The notes beneath the pieces were generated by a model. That model was given only the letters and a program-made list of their open reading frames with translations, was not told where the DNA came from and ran no database searches. A stretch of 37,269 nucleotides of DNA, taken from Candidatus Susulua stagnicola. GTDB taxonomy: Bacteria > Omnitrophota > Gorgyraeia > Duberdicusellales > 4484-171. Made by a program: the position numbers and the translations under genes. The stretch's first letter is position 1. Each line of letters starts with the position of its first letter. Positions 8,685 through 17,116 of the stretch are shown piece by piece. The DNA is taken from positions 1 to 37,269 of the forward strand of contig JAVCBZ010000026.1 of assembly GCA_030765735.1 (NCBI GenBank). The letters are read 5' to 3'.

Positions 8685-10397
8685 ATGAAAGTTGCCATAT
8701 ACGCTCGCTATTCTTCTGAAAACCAAAGCGCCAAAAGCATTGACGACCAAATACGCGTATGCAAAGACTATGCCGGAAAAAATAACTTTCTTGTAGAAGA
8801 CGAACACGTCTATGTTGATAAGGCAATTTCAGGGTCTATTGTTGACCGGCCCGGATTGCAGGCTTTGGAAAAGGCTGCCGAGAATAAAGAATTTGATACT
8901 GTGATTGTAGATGACTTATCCCGGATATCACGAAGCAACCATCAAATGTTGACTTTAGTTCTTAAATTCAACTACCTGCAAATTAGAATTATCTCTGTAT
9001 CAGACGGTATCTCTACAGATGATGACAATTCTAAATTAGGCATTCATCTGCGCGGGCTTATGAATGAACTTTATCTTGATGACCTTAAAAAGAAAACCAT
9101 GCGTGGATTAGAAGGCCAGAAAATCCGCGGTTTTAGTGTAGGCGAAAATGTATTTGGCTATTTTACCGAACCGGTCGGCGAGCTAAGGATTGGCAAAAGG
9201 GGTGAAGCAAAGCATGACGGGATGATCCATAAAATAAATCCTGAGCAAGCCGATATAGTAAAAAGGATATTTAATGAGTTCTCCGGAGGTAAAAGCTTAA
9301 GAAAACTTGCCGCATCGCTTAATGAGGACAAAATCCCTACTAAACGCGGGCTTTCCGGTGGTTGGAATATTTCCAGTTTACGCAGAATCTTACAAAATAA
9401 AAAATATATTGGTATCTGGATATGGAAAACAACCAAAACCGTCCGAGATCCTCTGACCGGGAAAAAGAAAATTGTTTCGCGTCCCGAAAAGGAGCATTTA
9501 TCCACACGCAGAAAAGATTTAATAATTATTGAGCAGGATATTTGGGATAAAACCAGGGAAAGGTGGTCTAAAATGGTAGGCGCCTATCCTCTATCTAAAA
9601 AGGCAAGAGCAAACGGCCAAAAACAAAAAAGTTATGTTCATTGTGCCCCAACTCATCTTTTTTCGGGAACAATGAAATGCCACTGTTGTAACGGGCCAAT
9701 TGTTCTTGTCAGCGGAAAAGGCGACGGTTACTATGGTTGTTATAATTTTCGCCGTAAAACCTGTACTAATAAATTATTAGTATCCCGTAAGCGTGTAGAA
9801 AAAACCATCCTCACTGCGCTACAAGAAAAGGTTTTGACTCTTAATAATATAAACTACATTTATAAGAATCTGGAAACCCAAATAGCAAAAAGATTAAACA
9901 ATAACCCTGAGGCCATAAAGAAGAAAAGAGCCCAGCATGATAAGCTTTCTTTAGAAATGCAGAATTACTTGAATTACATTAAGTTAGGTAACTTTTCAAA
10001 GGCCGTATCCGAAGCATTAAAGCACTGTGAATCGAGGTTTGAGCTGTTAACAGAAGAAATAAAATCCCTGGAATTCCAGAAGAGCAACACCTTTAAATCC
10101 CCTCCCCTAGAGTGGGTGAAACACCGTCTAGAACGTTTACAGGAAACACTTAGCAAGAAGGCCACCTCAGCAGCCCTTGTCTTAAAAGGGCTCCTATCCC
10201 CCATATCCCTTGAGCCTGTATTAAGCCCTGATAATGACTTCTATTCAGTAGTTAATGCTCAGGAAGGAAGGTTTAAACCCTATTACGTGGCCCATATAAA
10301 AGCACAAACCCTTGCTCTTCTCGATGAGAAGAACAAGGGTTCGAATTGGTTTCAGTGGCGGGGTCGATGGGATTCGAACCCACGATCACCTGCGTGA
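8685..10397 (+). CDS. Large serine recombinase (integrase)
   Basis: YARYSS catalytic Ser, DDLSRISR, recombinase domain, zinc ribbon CHCC...YYGC...C, coiled coil. Confidence 0.95.
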   Translation: MKVAIYARYSSENQSAKSIDDQIRVCKDYAGKNNFLVEDEHVYVDKAISGSIVDRPGLQALEKAAENKEFDTVIVDDLSRISRSNHQMLTLVLKFNYLQIRIISVSDGISTDDDNSKLGIHLRGLMNELYLDDLKKKTMRGLEGQKIRGFSVGENVFGYFTEPVGELRIGKRGEAKHDGMIHKINPEQADIVKRIFNEFSGGKSLRKLAASLNEDKIPTKRGLSGGWNISSLRRILQNKKYIGIWIWKTTKTVRDPLTGKKKIVSRPEKEHLSTRRKDLIIIEQDIWDKTRERWSKMVGAYPLSKKARANGQKQKSYVHCAPTHLFSGTMKCHCCNGPIVLVSGKGDGYYGCYNFRRKTCTNKLLVSRKRVEKTILTALQEKVLTLNNINYIYKNLETQIAKRLNNNPEAIKKKRAQHDKLSLEMQNYLNYIKLGNFSKAVSEALKHCESRFELLTEEIKSLEFQKSNTFKSPPLEWVKHRLERLQETLSKKATSAALVLKGLLSPISLEPVLSPDNDFYSVVNAQEGRFKPYYVAHIKAQTLALLDEKNKGSNWFQWRGRWDSNPRSPA

Positions 10398-10434
10398 CAG
10401 GCAGGGGACTTAAGCCAGACTAATCGACGACCCC
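10356..10434 (-). tRNA. tRNA-Asp(GTC), CCA encoded
   Basis: Cloverleaf: acceptor GGGGTCG/CGACCCC, anticodon arm CCTGC-CTGTCAC-GCAGG, T loop TTCGAAT, ends GCCA. Confidence 0.95.
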
Positions 10435-10446
10435 GATAGATTTAAG

Positions 10447-10475
10447 ATTATAAGTAAAAAGCCTGTTGTTGTCAA
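10447..10475 (-). promoter_or_regulatory. Consensus sigma70 promoter for tRNA-Asp
   Basis: Minus strand TTGACA-17 nt-TATAAT, 12 nt upstream of the tRNA. Confidence 0.8.
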
Positions 10476-10529
10476 ATTAAAAAATCAAATTTTTGTTGCC
10501 CTTGTCCTCCACCAAATAATATAAAACCA

Positions 10530-10603
10530 TGGGCGATACAGGACTTGAACCTGTGACCCCTACCATGTCAAGGTAGTACTCTAGCCAACTGAGCTAATCG
10601 CCC
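10530..10603 (-). tRNA. tRNA-Val(GAC)
   Basis: GGGCGAT/ATCGCCC acceptor, CTACC-TTGACAT-GGTAG anticodon arm; no encoded CCA. Confidence 0.95.
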
Positions 10604-10621
10604 TATTTAAATAAAAAAATA

Positions 10622-10707
10622 TGCCGGGGGCGGGACTTGAACCCGCACGTCTCTTACGAAACAACAGATTTTAAGTCTGTGTTGTCTGCCAATTCCAACA
10701 CCCCGGC
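10622..10707 (-). tRNA. tRNA-Leu(TAA)
   Basis: GCCGGGG/CCCCGGC acceptor, ACAGA-CTTAAAA-TCTGT, long variable arm; no encoded CCA. Confidence 0.95.
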
Positions 10708-10713
10708 ATAGTT

Positions 10714-10795
10714 AGTTCAAAGTTCATAGCTCATACTCATGGCTCATAGATATTAGTTCATAGATAATTTACTTTTAAACTATGAGCTATAAGCT
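10714..10795. repeat. Degenerate heptamer tandem repeat with inverted copies
   Basis: AGTTCAA AGTTCAT AGCTCAT ACTCAT GGCTCAT AG...AGTTCATAG then CTATGAG CTATAAG CT. Confidence 0.7.
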
Positions 10796-10800
10796 ACACA

Positions 10801-10872
10801 AGGCGTGGGCCGGATTTGAACCGGCGCGTAGCGGTTTTGCAGACCGCTGCCTTACCACTTGGCTACCACGCC
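10801..10872 (-). tRNA. tRNA-Cys(GCA)
   Basis: GGCGTGG/CCACGCC acceptor, GCGGT-CTGCAAA-ACCGC, discriminator U; no encoded CCA. Confidence 0.95.
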
Positions 10873-10912
10873 ACTATCTAATACTTTTATTTTTTAAAAA
10901 ACTATAGACAGA

Positions 10913-11146
10913 CTACTTTTTACTTTTTTCTTTTGGTTTTGATTTTTCTTTTGCTTTTACTTTTATCTTTCCGTCTCTAATTTCTTTCAGAGCATTATCT
11001 AAAACCTTCTCTCCAGGTTTATCAATTAAAACCTTTTCTCCATCAGCTAAAGCAATAGCTCTTTTTGCAGCTAAAATAGTTACTTCATAAATTGATCCAC
11101 TACTTGCTTTTAAAAGTTTTTCTAGGGGTATGCTTACTCCGCTCAT
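10913..11146 (-). CDS. rpoZ: RNA polymerase omega subunit
   Basis: SIYEVTILAAKRA...ALKEI..GKI; follows gmk. Confidence 0.9.
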   Translation of the reverse strand: MSGVSIPLEKLLKASSGSIYEVTILAAKRAIALADGEKVLIDKPGEKVLDNALKEIRDGKIKVKAKEKSKPKEKSKK

Positions 11147-11155
11147 TTCACTCTC

Positions 11156-11728
11156 CTATTTATCCGAATTAAGAATAATACTTTCTAGTTCCTTTAAGGT
11201 ATCTTTTATATTTCTGTTTATTACCGAATAATCATAATCTTTGGAAAGCTCCACTTCTTTTTTTGCAAGTTTTACTCTTTTCTTAATAACTCCTTTATCC
11301 TCATCCCTTTTTTCCATTCGCCGATAAAGTTCTTTTTCTGACGGTGCAACAAGAAAAATAGTAGTTACTTTTTTAGCCTTTAAATCTTTTTTAAGGCACA
11401 TTCCTCCTTTAACATCAATGCATAAAACAAGGTTTTTACCTGTTCTTTTGGCTAACCCATATAAAATCTTTGGCGTTCCGTAATAGTTTTCTAATACCTT
11501 CTGGTTTTCAAGAAAAAATTTATTTTTCTTTAGTCGTAAAAACTCATCTTCTTCAATAAAAAAATAGTCTTTTCCATCTTTTTCTTTATCTCGTTTTTTC
11601 CGAGTAGTTATGGTAACCCCTTTTACAAAATCTTTTTTTATTCTTTCCCGCGCAAACAATTGCTCAACAATGGTAGTTTTACCTGCCCCCCCTGGTCCAG
11701 AGATAATAAAAACTTTTGGATTTCTCAT
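11156..11728 (-). CDS. gmk: Guanylate kinase
   Basis: ISGPGGAGKTT, TTR..R..E.DGKDYFF, YYGTP. Confidence 0.95.
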   Translation of the reverse strand: MRNPKVFIISGPGGAGKTTIVEQLFARERIKKDFVKGVTITTRKKRDKEKDGKDYFFIEEDEFLRLKKNKFFLENQKVLENYYGTPKILYGLAKRTGKNLVLCIDVKGGMCLKKDLKAKKVTTIFLVAPSEKELYRRMEKRDEDKGVIKKRVKLAKKEVELSKDYDYSVINRNIKDTLKELESIILNSDK

Positions 11729-12513
11729 TCTATATTCTGCGCCTGTTCTTTTATCCTTTCTAAATAATTTTTTCCTTCAATTATTAGCAAAGCTAAATTT
11801 TTCTTTTTGGTTTTGCTAGAAGCCGCATTTAATTCTCTTAAAATTTCTTGAGTTAAAAAATCTAAAGCTCTTCCTTGGGGCGTCCATTGCTTAGAATTAA
11901 TTTTGCTTTCTAATTTACTTATATAGAACAATGTTAAAGAAATCTCTTCATCAATATCTTCTCTCCCGTTTTCAATTTTATTAACTTTAGGTTTTTCTTT
12001 TTTTATCTTCTCAACATTGTTTTTTAATTTGCTTAGGTTCTCTATAATTTCCTTTTTTATGGCTTTTCCTTCTTTCTCTTTAAATTTTACAAACTTGTTT
12101 AAGACTTCTTTTATCGCTAAAGGGATTAACCCCTTATCTCTTTTTCCGCTATGGCTTAAAGAGATTGCTTGTGGCAAATTTAAAATATCACTTATTTCAA
12201 TATCAGCCTTTAGATTATACTTTTTATTTAAGGACTTTATCTGAGTAACATAACGACAAACAACCTCTTCGTCAACATATACTTTTTTAATTTGTGGCTT
12301 AGCTGAAAAAATAAAAACTTCTACCTTACCCCGATTAATCTTTTTTTTAATTTCTCGCTTAATTTTTTCTTCTAATAAAAGATCTTCAATTGGTAAATTA
12401 TGGATACAAATATCTAAATATTTAAAATTTGAAGACCTTAAAATTACTTGAGTAGTTTGCTCTCCTCTGCTTACTTGTGCAGAAGCATAAGCGGTCATTG
12501 ATCTCATATCCAA
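11725..12513 (-). CDS. yicC: YicC/YloC-family endoribonuclease
   Basis: MRSMTAY N-terminus, GRALDFLTQEILRELN, ERIKEQAQNIE C-terminus; upstream of gmk. Confidence 0.9.
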   Translation of the reverse strand: MDMRSMTAYASAQVSRGEQTTQVILRSSNFKYLDICIHNLPIEDLLLEEKIKREIKKKINRGKVEVFIFSAKPQIKKVYVDEEVVCRYVTQIKSLNKKYNLKADIEISDILNLPQAISLSHSGKRDKGLIPLAIKEVLNKFVKFKEKEGKAIKKEIIENLSKLKNNVEKIKKEKPKVNKIENGREDIDEEISLTLFYISKLESKINSKQWTPQGRALDFLTQEILRELNAASSKTKKKNLALLIIEGKNYLERIKEQAQNIE

Positions 12514-13010
12514 ATCTCCTTGTTGCTATTTTCTTGAGCTATTTTTTTTGAAGGATAAAGTTCGCAAACAATTTCATCAGGGTCAAACCATAATTTTATT
12601 TCTCTCTCAGCTTCCTCTATACTACTTGAAGCATGAATTACATTTTCAAACAAACCGGTTGTTAAAATTCTCCCATAAGCTCCTCTTATACTTATCGGAT
12701 CAGCCTGTTCAGGATTGGTTGCCCCAGCTATATCTCTAACTTTTTTAATGGCATCCTCTCCCCAATAAATCAAAGGCATAACTCTATTTTCCCCATGAAG
12801 CTGCCCTGTAATATACTTAGCTAGTTCTGGATAAAAAGATTCTTTTTGAAGATGATGATAGTGCTTATTAGCTAATTCAATATCAACCTTTACTATTTTT
12901 GCTCCAATTATTTTCAGTTTAGCTTCAGAAAGCCTGCTTAGAATATTCCCGGTAAGAGACTTTTTTAATCCATCTGGTTTAATAATAACTAAAGTAGCTT
13001 CATCCCTCAT
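12504..13010 (-). CDS. ndk: Nucleoside diphosphate kinase
   Basis: TLVIIKPDG, GATNP...SIRG, NVIHASS, EREIKLWF. Confidence 0.95.
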   Translation of the reverse strand: MRDEATLVIIKPDGLKKSLTGNILSRLSEAKLKIIGAKIVKVDIELANKHYHHLQKESFYPELAKYITGQLHGENRVMPLIYWGEDAIKKVRDIAGATNPEQADPISIRGAYGRILTTGLFENVIHASSSIEEAEREIKLWFDPDEIVCELYPSKKIAQENSNKEIWI

Positions 13011-13034
13011 TTTCTTTGAACCTCCTTATAAACT

Positions 13035-13862
13035 TTATTTTAATTTTTTAATAATTCGTTCTAGATCCTCTAAGCTGTAATACTCAACAACAATTCTACC
13101 ACGATTTTTCTTTTTGTTGAAGACTTTAACTTTAGTTCCTAATAATTTTTGAAGTCTCTCCTCTAGCTCAACTATAAAAGGATCGCTCTTCTTTTTCTTT
13201 TTAGACACCATCCTAACTTTATTTTCTATCTCTCTAACCGACATTCCTTCTTTTAAAATCTGATAAAATATTTTTTCTTGGGTTTGGATTTTATCAGCTC
13301 CTAAGATTGTTCGGGCCTGAGTTCGAGTAATCATTCTTTTACGCACAGCCTCTTTTATTTTTTCTGGTAATTTAAGTAATCGTAAAACATTTACCACTGT
13401 GGTCTTATCTTTGCCAACAAATTTAGCAACATCTTCTAATGAAAAATCAAAATCTTCGATTAACCTTTTAAAAGCTTCTGCTTCTTCTATGGGATTTAAA
13501 TCTTGTCTCTGAAGGTTTTCAACAATAGCTAAAACAAAAGCCTCTTTATCGTCTAGTTCCTTAATAATAGTTGGTATCTCCTTGAGCCCCAAAGACTTAG
13601 CAGCTTCATACCTTCTTTCTCCAGCAACAATTTCATAGCTTCCTCCACTTATTTCTCTTGCTACAATTGGTTGAATAAATCCTTTTTCTTTGATTGATCT
13701 AGTTAGTTCTCCTAATTCTTTTTCACTTATTTCTTGTCTAGGTTGGCATTTAGCAGGCTTTACTTTATCTAATGATAAGCGAATGAATTCTCTTGGTAAC
13801 ATTGCTGCTGTCTTTTTAGGAATAAGTGCATCCAATCCTCTACCTAAAACCTTTCTATCCAT
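13035..13862 (-). CDS. parB: Chromosome partitioning protein ParB
   Basis: LGRGLDALI, IVAGERRY, ENLQRQDLNPIEEA, HTH. Confidence 0.95.
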   Translation of the reverse strand: MDRKVLGRGLDALIPKKTAAMLPREFIRLSLDKVKPAKCQPRQEISEKELGELTRSIKEKGFIQPIVAREISGGSYEIVAGERRYEAAKSLGLKEIPTIIKELDDKEAFVLAIVENLQRQDLNPIEEAEAFKRLIEDFDFSLEDVAKFVGKDKTTVVNVLRLLKLPEKIKEAVRKRMITRTQARTILGADKIQTQEKIFYQILKEGMSVREIENKVRMVSKKKKKSDPFIVELEERLQKLLGTKVKVFNKKKNRGRIVVEYYSLEDLERIIKKLK

Positions 13863-13913
13863 TTCCCCTCCTAGTTCTCCTATTAAATTAATTCAATTGC
13901 TAACCATAACTTG

Positions 13914-14705
13914 TTATTGGACTTCGATAGTTTTTTGTCCAACTTCTATCCTTTCTTTTAATACTTCCTGGGCTAAATTAAAATAGGCTTTGCTACCTAC
14001 ACAACCAGAATCATAAAAACATATTGGCTTACCAAAGCTAGGTGCTTCAGCAAGTCTTATATTTCGTGGCACAATAACATTAAATGTTTTTTTCTGAAAA
14101 AAATTCCTTACCTCCTCTATAACCTGTAAGGTAAGACGAGTACGAAAATCACCCATAGTAAGAAGAACTCCCTCTATCTCTAAAGACGGTTTTAGCCTCT
14201 CGCGAACTAATTCTATTGTATTAACCAATTTAGAAACTCCTTCCAAAGCATAATATTCACATTGGATTGGGATAATTAAGCTATCTGAAGCTACCAAAAC
14301 GTTTAATGTAAGTAACCCTAAAGATGGCGGCGCATCAATAATAATATAAGAAAAATCATCTTTTACTTGTTTTACTTTATCTTGTAGTTGCATCTCTCTA
14401 TTTTCAATATTTACTAACTCAACTTCTCCTCCGGTAAGAGAGATATCTGAAGGACTAATATATAAATTGGGCCATTTAGTAGGATAAATACTTTCTGAAA
14501 TACTAGTTTTACCCATGATTGTATCGTAAATTGAATTTTTGTCTTGACTATCAAACCCAACTCCTGAAGTAGCATTGCCTTGAGGATCCATATCTATAAG
14601 CAAAGTTTTTTTACCGGCTAAACCTAAAAGTGAGCTTAAATTAATAGCTGTAGTAGTTTTGCCTGTCCCCCCTTTTTGATTACAAATACCAATTATTTTG
14701 CCCAT
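13914..14705 (-). CDS. parA: Chromosome partitioning ATPase ParA/Soj
   Basis: NQKGGTGKTTT, DMDPQGNAT, DAPPSLG, PRNIRLAEAPSFGKP. Confidence 0.95.
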   Translation of the reverse strand: MGKIIGICNQKGGTGKTTTAINLSSLLGLAGKKTLLIDMDPQGNATSGVGFDSQDKNSIYDTIMGKTSISESIYPTKWPNLYISPSDISLTGGEVELVNIENREMQLQDKVKQVKDDFSYIIIDAPPSLGLLTLNVLVASDSLIIPIQCEYYALEGVSKLVNTIELVRERLKPSLEIEGVLLTMGDFRTRLTLQVIEEVRNFFQKKTFNVIVPRNIRLAEAPSFGKPICFYDSGCVGSKAYFNLAQEVLKERIEVGQKTIEVQ

Positions 14706-14725
14706 TTTTATTTACGAGTTTTTAC

Positions 14726-14741
14726 GTTTTCACGTGGAAAC
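14726..14741. promoter_or_regulatory. parS-like site 1
   Basis: GTTTTCACGTGGAAAC near-palindrome with CACGTG core, 20 nt upstream of parA. Confidence 0.75.
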
Positions 14742-14801
14742 TTTAAAAGCTTACTGATTTCTTACCTTTTTCTGTTTCCCTTTTCAGGTAAAACTTAATC
14801 T

Positions 14802-14831
14802 ATTCTAATACACCATAGGTAGTATTGTCAA
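14802..14831 (-). promoter_or_regulatory. Putative parAB promoter
   Basis: Minus strand TTGACA-18 nt-TAGAAT. Confidence 0.55.
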
Positions 14832-15053
14832 GCTTTTTGTATTAACCTCCTGCAAAAGGTAAATTGTAACTCATATTGCGACAACATTCAACTCAAAATT
14901 CCTATTCTGTTTTTTGTTGGTTTTGCTACCTTACAAAATAACAGATTTTGAGAGCTATGGGCATTTTTTACCCTCTAACTGTCGCACTTGTGATTACAAT
15001 CTTCTTCCAAAGAAAGGGAGTTGACCCCTTTTATTCTACAGCTCGCTGATTGC

Positions 15054-15069
15054 GTTTTCACGTGGAAAC
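15054..15069. promoter_or_regulatory. parS-like site 2
   Basis: Identical GTTTTCACGTGGAAAC. Confidence 0.75.
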
Positions 15070-15139
15070 TTTAAATATACAGTTCCCCATTGCTTTTTTG
15101 GGTTTAGCTTTTTAGATATACAAAAAAATAGCTTTAGAA

Positions 15140-16600
15140 TTATTTTACTTGCTGAGCTTTAGATAGGCGTGATTGGTAACTTAAGGTAAAGATATTCTGT
15201 ACGAGCCAATAAATGGTCAATGCTGCTGGGAAACCATAGAATATAACTCCAATAAACACAGCAAAGAACAACCCCATAGACTTTTGTTGGGATGAAGCTG
15301 TAGGGGAGGATACAGTTATTTTTTGTTGTACTATCCCCATGATCATTAACAAAACAGGAAGAAGATTTAAATAATTTATAGGTGCTGGGAAAGGAAGTTG
15401 CAATAAATGATCTGGAGAGGCAAGATCTTTAATCCATAAAAAACTAGCCCCCCTAAATCCTATAAAACGATAAACAATCTGATAAAAAGCCATGATTATC
15501 GGTATCTGAAAAAATAAGGGTAAACAACCTCCTAAAGGATTTATTTTATGCTTACGGTATAGTCCAAGTGTTTCTTTTTGAATCTTTTGAGGATTATCCT
15601 TATATTTTGTTTTGAGCTCTTCAACTTCAGGTTGGATTTCTTGCATTTTCCTCATTGCTTTGCTACTTTTAGAAGTAAAAGGGAAGAGGACTAAAGAGGC
15701 TAAAGCTGAAAACACAACAATACTGACTCCCCAATTTTTAAAAATACCATAAAAGAAATAAAGAAGCTTTATCATCCATACAGCTATTCCATTAAAAAAC
15801 CCATAATACATAATTCCTTGCAACCCAAAGACTTCCAATTCTTTTTCAACCTGCGGGCCTAGATAAAGAAAGATTTCGTTGTTGGGAGACATTAAATATA
15901 GGTGTGCTTTTTTCTTGCCTTCGCTTACCCATTTTAGATCATAATCTCCTTTGAGCAAAGACATAGCATAATATCTATCTCGGGCTCCAGAAAACTTTAC
16001 ACTATTATAGGTAACCTCTTTTATTTTTCTTGGGGAAATTCTTTTTATTTTCTTATCTTGAGAATAAAAAATTTCTTGATACCTTTGGTCTAAAACCTTG
16101 GGACTCAGATAATTAGAAAATAAAACTACTGGCGTTGCAGGAAGAGGATTGATCTTTATTCCTAAAACATAATCTTGAAAATTAAATTCTTTTGTTTCTC
16201 CTTCTGGACCCTTAAATTCAAGAGTCTCACCTCTAAGTTTAAAAGTGAATTCTTTTTCCCGATCTTCAGGCAAAAGCCCTATATTTTGAAAAGGTAATTC
16301 ATATTCTTCTTCTCCTATAGCAATTTTTTTAATATAACCACCTGTAGTAGAATATGTTACAACAAAATTACCTACAGAAATTTTTGGCAATTCTAGGCTT
16401 TCTTCCTCATCTTCTAAAACTAGAGGAGTAGCCTCTTGAGATATTTCAGCAGGAAAAGTGTTAAACCTTGTTTCTACAGCTTGTTGTTGGCTATTTCCTT
16501 GAACTGGAGCTGGTTGTGGAACAAATTTGGCAACAACATGCGAATAAACAAGAAAAAACACAAGAGTTATTGAAAATGCTAAAAATAGTCGTTTTTCCAT
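15140..16600 (-). CDS. yidC: Membrane protein insertase YidC
   Basis: N-terminal TM, periplasmic domain, NWGVSI, KINPLGGCLPL, FLWIKDLASPD, LTIYW. Confidence 0.95.
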   Translation of the reverse strand: MEKRLFLAFSITLVFFLVYSHVVAKFVPQPAPVQGNSQQQAVETRFNTFPAEISQEATPLVLEDEEESLELPKISVGNFVVTYSTTGGYIKKIAIGEEEYELPFQNIGLLPEDREKEFTFKLRGETLEFKGPEGETKEFNFQDYVLGIKINPLPATPVVLFSNYLSPKVLDQRYQEIFYSQDKKIKRISPRKIKEVTYNSVKFSGARDRYYAMSLLKGDYDLKWVSEGKKKAHLYLMSPNNEIFLYLGPQVEKELEVFGLQGIMYYGFFNGIAVWMIKLLYFFYGIFKNWGVSIVVFSALASLVLFPFTSKSSKAMRKMQEIQPEVEELKTKYKDNPQKIQKETLGLYRKHKINPLGGCLPLFFQIPIIMAFYQIVYRFIGFRGASFLWIKDLASPDHLLQLPFPAPINYLNLLPVLLMIMGIVQQKITVSSPTASSQQKSMGLFFAVFIGVIFYGFPAALTIYWLVQNIFTLSYQSRLSKAQQVK

Positions 16601-16601
16601 A

Positions 16602-16808
16602 TTATTTTATTGGGTCAAAACCCCCTTTTAGAAAAGGATTACAACGGAGGACACGTATAACAGTAAGCTTCAGAGCTTTAAAAAAAGGTTTTTTCAAAAA
16701 GGCTTCTTGTGCATACTCTGAACAAGTTGGAGTATAAATACAATGCTGCGGAAAAAATCTTGAAACAGAACGATATAGCCCTATTAAAAAAAGGGCTATT
16801 CTCCTCAT
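16602..16808 (-). CDS. yidD: Membrane protein insertion efficiency factor YidD
   Basis: [11 protein letters not shown]...[13 protein letters not shown]. Confidence 0.95.
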   Translation of the reverse strand: MRRIALFLIGLYRSVSRFFPQHCIYTPTCSEYAQEAFLKKPFFKALKLTVIRVLRCNPFLKGGFDPIK

Positions 16809-16942
16809 ATAGTAAGCCTTTTCCGCCCCTTTGCTCTTCTGCGTTTTATAATATTCTTACCACCAGCAGTAGCCTTACGAGCTCGATACCCTCTCTTTTT
16901 TTTAGCCTTAATATTTGTTGGTGTTTTTAAATTCTTTTTCAT
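16805..16942 (-). CDS. rpmH: 50S ribosomal protein L34
   Basis: Manual translation [45 protein letters not shown]; stop overlaps yidD start (ATGA). Confidence 0.9.
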   Translation of the reverse strand: MKKNLKTPTNIKAKKKRGYRARKATAGGKNIIKRRRAKGRKRLTI

Positions 16943-17077
16943 CTTTTAATTATAATGGTTTTCCCTATTTTATTGCCTTGCTTTTAATTTTAAGGCCCTA
17001 CTCCCAAACAATATTAGTGATGGATCCAATAAAACCCTTCGGGTATCTGTCTTCGACAGATTGGATGCATAGGTGAA

Positions 17078-17105
17078 ATTTTAGCATATATTACCCTTGT
17101 GTCAA
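17078..17105 (-). promoter_or_regulatory. Putative rpmH promoter
   Basis: Minus strand TTGACA-16 nt-TAAAAT with extended -10 TG. Confidence 0.6.
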
Positions 17106-17116
17106 CTATAAAAATG

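Larger units (their letters stand above)
1..10359. mobile_element. Genomic (defence) island, right part; integrated at 3' end of tRNA-Asp; left boundary outside window
   Basis: Large serine recombinase abutting/overlapping tRNA-Asp 3' end; cargo of RM, methylase and phage-type regulators; core genes resume beyond the tRNA cluster. Confidence 0.85.

Noticed and set aside
8038-8807. ORFs 8038-8385 (+) and 8547-8807 (-)
   Set aside because: Overlap better-supported genes and promoter/hairpin DNA; no motifs
14725-15075. 23-bp direct repeat as att sites or CRISPR repeats
   Set aside because: Only two copies 328 bp apart, parS-like core, adjacent to parAB; no CRISPR array or cas gene seen anywhere in the window
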